This document shows positions 62,006-64,000 of a stretch of 64,000 nucleotides of DNA, one piece after another. The stretch is from Podarcis erhardii. Its lineage: Eukaryota. The notes under the pieces are model-generated. The model saw only the letters and a program-made list of their open reading frames with translations, searched no databases and had not been told where the DNA came from. The DNA lies in NCBI GenBank assembly GCA_964252035.1, contig OZ176203.1; one strand, 5' to 3'. Each line of letters begins with the position of its first letter. The first letter of the stretch is position 1. Position numbers and translations under genes: made by a program.

Positions 62006-64000
62006 TACAGTGTATAAGAACTCCTTTTTATATATCATTTAGTGGTGAGGGGCCACTAAAGCGTGGCTCTTTTTCCTCTTCCTTGGAATGTCAGCAATAC
62101 TTGCATATGGCATGGATGTGATTTTAAATGCTCCCACATGGATGAGAATTTGCTATGCTTCAGCAATAGCTTCAATGTCAATGTTAGAAGCACCCCTGCC
62201 AAAAAAAAGCTGTAAAACAAAATGGCTCAGATCTGAATATCAAGTTTTCCCTTGAAAGAAAGCAAGAAAAGAAAAGAAAAAAAAGAAAGCAAGCAAGAAA
62301 AAACCTTTCATCTCTTCTTGCAGTCAATGATAGTTGGTATTCAGCAAAGCTTCACTCAGAATAGGCCATGTCCATCTATTTCAGTGGGTGTACTTGAGTA
62401 GCACTATAAATGCCACAGGATCGGTAGTCTCATAGCATTGTAATCTGAAATTGGAACGACTAACACACAGCATCTCTGATCCTAAATCAAAGGCTATTAT
62501 AGCTGATATTGAAAAGTGCCATTTTTCAGAGACTGACCAGAGTCCGTCTTTCTAGATGGTTGTGAGTGGTTGTACTACATTTTCCCGGTTTTTTTGTGTT
62601 GTCGTTTTTTGGGGGAAGAAGAAGATGTAGCATGATGCTGTACATAAATCATTCACTGCTCAATCCTGTATTTGTCTTACTTGGACAAAATTCCCATGGA
62701 GGACTTGTAGGTTAGTGTGTCCAGGTTTGCAGTCTCGCTCCTAGCAGGCAGCTGGGAATTTTCTTACTAAGTGAGCTTGTGCCAATAACTACTGCTCTAC
62801 TTCCACCTTTTGCTGTGTGGTTATGTTTTAGAAGTTTTCCACTTCCATTTGGAAGGGCTGTAGAAACATGGTTTTAAAATGTCAACAAAATACTGGTTAA
62901 ATACACTGCACCAACTTTTTCCCTGTTACCTGTTGATACATATACATTTTGTATGTACTAATAAATACCATTTTTTCTTCTAAAGGTGTTCATGGCATAT
63001 GACACTACTTAGTTCATGTTGTCATGGTGTTTCTGAGTAAAAGTATTGATGTAGGTAATTTTATCTAGAATAACCTTGGCTATATTTCCACATTTCCGAT
63101 GTGATGGACTTCTTTATTTACTCAGTTTTTGCTTTGGTATAGTTTTGGAAGAAAGAAGTAATAAACGGGGAACCTGCCTTTTAACTGCTTGTGTAATGCA
63201 CATAAATCCATTTCTTCAGGCTCCATGAATCAAAAGTGAAGGGTGATTACCTTAGTCTGACTGCACCCCATGTAATTTCAGAGGCTACAAATGTTGTTAC
63301 AAGCAAGGTATGGGTGAAAGCATAGTAAAGTTCCACTGAATGACTTTTACAGCTTTGAGCTAATGTACACAAACAAAGAAACTCTTGTTTCCCCCCTTCC
63401 ATTGTGTGTGTAATGAGAGAGGTGTAAATTAGCCAATCTTGCAGTGGAGTTCAAGCTGTATTCACTTTTTTAAATTTCAGATAGAAAATCCCATTAAAAT
63501 ATAATTAAATTATCTTATGTTTAGCATTTCATCTTCTAAATGGGACAATATCTGAATAACTGATAGCTTTAAAAGATATAATGCTCCATTATTCCTACAT
63601 TTTCATCACGATGGAGATATTTTTTTAAAAAATATGTAGCAACCAGAAATTATGTAGCAACCAAAAAAAAGTAGCAACCAGAATCAACTGTGTTAAAGTA
63701 CAAGAAATGCAGCAATGTGAAGTCTTTGCTTTTATATGGCTTTTTCTGCCCTTAGGTTTTACATTTAGAAATTTGAATGGCAGTTGAATAAATAAAAATA
63801 AAAATAAGGAACTTTTAGGATTCTTTCTGATTCAGGGCTGAAAACAAATGGAAATCTTCCATTAGCTCCCCTTTAAAAATATTTTGGTCAAAGCTTTTAT
63901 GATTTTATCTGCTTGCTATAACTTTTTGTGAAGTTACAAGGGGGATTTTTTAAATGTTTAGTGTTGTATAGATATACACTGGACACTATTTTCAGCTACT

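Noticed and set aside
46456-64000. Search for the shared ROBO1 Ig1 exon (SRLRQEDFPPRIVEHP)
   Set aside because: No matching frame found; presumably downstream of the window.
1-64000. CRISPR array or prokaryotic/viral gene cassette
   Set aside because: No regularly spaced repeat-spacer array, no operon-like ORFs; repeated sequences are dispersed eukaryotic TEs.

Overview
Vertebrate genomic DNA, almost certainly from a lacertid lizard: it carries POM-type Sauria SINEs, Squam2/Squam3-like SINEs, lizard-type L2/CR1/L1/BovB fragments, a Penelope element and mariner/hAT MITEs. The only recognisable host coding sequence is a 55-nt exon at 46401-46455 (+) encoding MIAEFVHFYLFGLLCLCS(G), followed by a GT donor. 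It matches the alternative first coding exon of ROBO1 isoform b (DUTT1; human MIAEPAHFYLFGLICLCSG, recalled from memory) and lies at the 3' end of a CpG island (about 45.1-46.5 kb). The rest of the window is therefore inferred to be ROBO1 intron on the + strand; no other ROBO1 exon was found. All other ORF-track entries look like chance ORFs or TE remnants. Most interesting observations: (1) the ROBO1b leader, with three AUG uORFs (one ending in an AUGA overlap with the ROBO1b start), a 208-codon in-frame stretch broken by a single UGA, and a six-tract (GGGCTT)n G-quadruplex; (2) a young Penelope insertion with an intact minimal hammerhead core and a perfect 74-bp inverted repeat; (3) a young solo-LTR-like element containing a roughly 320-nt multi-hairpin domain; (4) a solo LTR flanked by an atypical 17-bp duplication. 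There is no prokaryotic content and no CRISPR array. Repeat names come from recognised consensus features, not from a database search.
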